In this document: positions 7,490 to 10,970 of the stretch, piece after piece
Numbering within the stretch: position 1 is the stretch's first letter
Layout: the number at the start of each line of letters is the position of its first letter
DNA from: Chthonomonadales bacterium
Lineage (GTDB): Bacteria; Armatimonadota; Chthonomonadetes; Chthonomonadales; Chthonomonadaceae
NCBI GenBank assembly: GCA_038217285.1
Contig: JBBQPO010000210.1
Span: 1 to 10,970 of the forward strand
Reading direction: 5' to 3'
Length of the DNA stretch: 10,970 bases
Notes under the pieces: generated by a model
The model's input: the letters and a program-made list of their open reading frames with translations, nothing else
Told to the model about the DNA's origin: nothing
Databases searched by the model: none
Position numbers and translations under genes: made by a program

Positions 7490-7520
7490 AGTATACCGCA
7501 AAACAAAATCCGTTAAAATT
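7490..7520 (-). promoter_or_regulatory. Possible ald promoter (-10 TATACT)
   Basis: Minus-strand TATACT (plus strand AGTATA 7490-7495) with an AT-rich upstream tract. There is no convincing -35. Confidence 0.35.
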
Positions 7521-7528
7521 CGATGTTT

Positions 7529-8356
7529 TCACCGGGGCTCGTAGTGTTTGGCGCCTTCTTCGGGCAGTGGCACGATCCACACGTTACGGAACCGCACCGT
7601 GTTGTTGTGGAACTGAAGGTAGATCGGACCTTCTTTGACATCGTTTTTGCCGCCGATGCCCGTCCCCCCATTGATCTCCTGGTTGTTCTGCACACAGATT
7701 CCGTTCTGAAAGACCGTCACGTGGGGCTTCTGCGTCACTTTACCGTCCTCACCGAAGCGAGCGGCATGAAAGGAAATATCGTATGTCTGCCAGGTGAGCG
7801 GCGGCTTACAGGCGTTGACCAGCGGAGCCGACTGGCTGTAGACCGCACCGCAGTCGCCGGATCCCGGCTCTTTGAAACCGTAGGAGTCCAGCACCTGAAT
7901 CTCATAGGTCGCCAGCAGACCGACGCCGCTGTTTCCACGTTCCTGCCCATGCGCTTCCGGCATAAAGGGCACTTTGAACTCGACGTGGAGTTGAAAATCC
8001 TTGAAGTTCCGTTTGGTGACGATACTGCTGACGGAGGTCACCATCGCGCCATCTTCTACCTGCCAGGTCGGGGGCTGATTCGAACCCTGGCGCACCCAGT
8101 TCGCGACGAGCTCTTCCGGCCGACCGGAAAAAAGAACCAGCGCATTCGCGGGAGGAGCCAGTGTAGAAGCGCCCTCCGTCATCGCGCGCTGCTGACGCGC
8201 CTTAATATCGACGCCGTGTTGTCTTATGGCCTTCAATGTGCTCTGGGCCGCGTTGATGTCGGCGGTGGTTTTGTCCGCTCCGGCTTGCGCGAAAACGGGA
8301 ACCGCGATGCCCAGGCAGAACAGGGCTGCTAACGCCGATTTATGCAGACTAGACAA
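7529..8356 (-). CDS. Secreted DUF1080 (3-keto-disaccharide hydrolase-like) domain protein, 275 aa
   Basis: TTG start 8 nt after AGGAG, and a signal peptide ending VFA-QA. Motifs include WQVEDG, FKDFQLHVEFK, GNSGV, YEIQVLDS, CGAVY, WQTYDI and GPIYLQFHNNTVRFRNVWI. Confidence 0.92.
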   Translation of the reverse strand: MSSLHKSALAALFCLGIAVPVFAQAGADKTTADINAAQSTLKAIRQHGVDIKARQQRAMTEGASTLAPPANALVLFSGRPEELVANWVRQGSNQPPTWQVEDGAMVTSVSSIVTKRNFKDFQLHVEFKVPFMPEAHGQERGNSGVGLLATYEIQVLDSYGFKEPGSGDCGAVYSQSAPLVNACKPPLTWQTYDISFHAARFGEDGKVTQKPHVTVFQNGICVQNNQEINGGTGIGGKNDVKEGPIYLQFHNNTVRFRNVWIVPLPEEGAKHYEPR

Positions 8357-8549
8357 GATGGAGTCTCCTCTCCCAATGGGATGAACTGACGACGGACAGA
8401 GGTCTTACTTCTCAAACGCAGAGAAATAGGCCGCGCAGATGGAGTAGAGTTCACTTCACCTGCATCAAATCCCTGCCTGCGAGAGCTAAGGCGCGATCGG
8501 TAGGGTAAACTGTTCACGAAGCATAGGAAGCATGGGAAGAGAGGCAAGA

Positions 8550-9091
8550 ATGGACGACATACCCCTGCGTGTTTTCGCATTGACGGCAGAAGCTCCCCCG
8601 CTGCGTATCCTGCGGGATGCGCTCACCAGGGCAGGTTACCCCATCCAGTTGACTCTGGATATCGTCGGAGAGGCCAGCGAGGAAGATCTGACGCTGACCG
8701 ACTGGGAGGCGGCTTTCGTGCGCTGGACGCACCCAGAGCTGCACGAGATCTGCCTGATCGAGCGCAGCGCGACCGCAGATGAAGACGAGGCCGTGGAGGC
8801 CATCGCGACGGGCCTCGAAAAGATCGTCAACACTACCGATCCGGCGGGCGGTCTGATCGTCGGGGATCATATTCGACGCAGCGAAGCGATCTACGATCTG
8901 GAGATACTCCCGGCCCTGCTGGCAGACGACGACCATCCCGGTTGGGCGGCCCTCGATGTCCTACTGCGAACCCTGGCCGCGCACACAAACGGAATAATCT
9001 ACGTTCCGACCGAAGGTTTTTGCGACGCGGACGGCGAAATCCTCCTTGCGGAGGAAGACACCCCCAATCCCCTTATGGAGCCTGAACAAGC

Positions 9092-9095
<4 letters not shown>
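8550..9095 (+). CDS. Acidic hypothetical protein, 181 aa, translationally coupled to sucD
   Basis: ATG 8550 follows GAGAGG (alternative start 8532). Codon usage is host-like and the protein is Asp/Glu-rich. Its stop overlaps the sucD start (ATGA at 9092-9095). No family recognised. Confidence 0.8.
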
Positions 9096-9970
<875 letters not shown>

Positions 9971-10009
9971 GATCGCCTCTATTCCTCTTGCGCTCGCTTC
10001 GCTCGCGTA

Positions 10010-10044
10010 CCTAACCCCCGGCCCCTTCCCGACACGGGAAGGGG
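10010..10044. repeat. Intact REP-like hairpin (may also terminate sucD transcription)
   Basis: CCTAACCCCCGG followed by the 10-bp stem CCCCTTCCCG-ACA-CGGGAAGGGG. It is similar to the split site at 4225-4245/4520-4530 and the half-site at 10776-10797. Confidence 0.75.
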
Positions 10045-10144
10045 TGCCCTAACACGTACCAATCCCGTTGTGTCTGAACGTTTTGTTTACTCAGCTCGTC
10101 TGCTTCGTTAGAAATCCCATCGCCTGCAGGGAGAAACCACAAAT

Positions 10145-10695
10145 ATGTCAGGAAAGCAGTTCTTTGCAACGAAGACAGATATGGAGCCGGGGCTGCGTAC
10201 GTTCGAAACCAAGTGTAAGGTGAAATATGTCAGGCAGAATTCGCATACTTCTCCAGATCTGGAGACCTACTACTCCGCCTTCGACATCCCGACCCTCGGT
10301 CATACTCCTTCCCGCTGGGTGGCCGGCAACCCTGCCTATCTCATCTTACCCATAGAAATCGAGGTCATCGTGCAACATACAGTTCAGGACGACAGAGAAA
10401 ATTGGTATAGGCCCAAATGGGAACAGAATCCTGGGATCTTATTTCGTCCGGGAGGATGGTATGAAGACAACGTGTTAATGGGTGGTGACACAGGAATAAC
10501 CTTTGCTTCCGAGGTCATTTACGCTTATTGGCGCGTTTTTAACCGTTCCTTGACCAAAGGCTTTACGGTCATCCCAGACTATATTATAAATGGTGGGTAG
10601 GTCCCGAGGCACTCGCCTGCCTTGACGCTGGCACCCGGTTGGTCACGCGCGATTTGGATGCACCCGATACCGCCGAAGATCTTAGGCACCTGTAG
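10145..10695 (+). pseudogene. Hypothetical protein with an apparent frameshift near 10580-10588 (about 182 aa if restored)
   Basis: The ORF starts after GGAG and stops at TAG 10598-10600. The shifted frame continues YKWWVGPEALACLDAGTRLVTRDLDAPDTAEDLRHL* to TAG 10693-10695. The junction is the AT slip tract CTATATTATAAA. GC is visibly lower than in flanking genes. Confidence 0.65.
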
Positions 10696-10775
10696 ACAGG
10701 ACGGCGCGCCATCGTCGAAGTGTGAGAGACCATCGCCCCGTGGAGTGCCTTAGAGTCGTTCTCCACACCTCACCA

Positions 10776-10797
10776 CCTCCCCAACCCCTCCTTCGCA
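10776..10797. repeat. Left half of a REP-like hairpin, interrupted by the second element
   Basis: CCTCCCCAACCCCTCCTTCGCA has the same leader + stem layout as 10010-10031 and runs directly into the element's terminal sequence. Confidence 0.55.
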
Positions 10798-10970
10798 AGC
10801 TTATCTTGTCCCTCAGTTACAAGAATCCCCCTCTTCGCGCTTTACTTCCCGCCCGTAAACGAGCGGTCTGAGGCGGCAAGCCCCATAAATGGGGCTGTGT
10901 CCGGCGTTACCAGGTGGTTCCGTCAGCTTGTGGAGATCGATCCTCGCCTCTGTTGGACAGATCGATCCCG
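10798..10970 (+). mobile_element. Second MITE/REPIN-like element of the same family, probably truncated by the window end
   Basis: It begins AGCTTATCTTGTCCCTCAG (compare GGCTTATCTTGTCCCTTCAG at 4250). 10830-10907 aligns ungapped with the reverse complement of 4405-4482 at 65/78 positions by manual count. Confidence 0.72.

Noticed and set aside
10598-10753. TAG read-through (e.g. pyrrolysine) of the 10145 ORF
   Set aside because: The in-frame continuation is Pro-rich and looks non-coding. The shifted frame gives the plausible C-terminus.
10934-10968. Two GATCGATC palindromes near the window end
   Set aside because: They are too short, and too close to the window edge, to interpret. They may simply be interior sequence of the second element.

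Overview
GC-rich bacterial chromosomal window with mostly housekeeping and secreted-enzyme genes. In order: the 3' end of a GH9 glycoside hydrolase; a secreted YVTN beta-propeller/phosphoesterase fusion behind a Pho-box-like promoter; a secreted alpha/beta-hydrolase; a DUF5685-like protein with a very Cys-rich tail; alanine dehydrogenase (ald); a DUF1080 protein; an acidic hypothetical protein coupled to sucD (no sucC in the window); and a probably frameshifted, lower-GC hypothetical gene. The most unusual signal is non-coding. A 266-bp MITE/REPIN-like element (4250-4515, TIR GGCTTATCTTGT, flanked by ACGT) sits in the loop of a REP-like hairpin. A second, related element starts at 10798, also at the loop of a REP-like half-hairpin, and an uninterrupted hairpin of the target type lies at 10010-10044. 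The three element arms carry twin hairpins with compensatory base changes. A candidate structured RNA lies in the esterase leader (3986-4195). Family assignments come from motif recognition only; no database searches were run.
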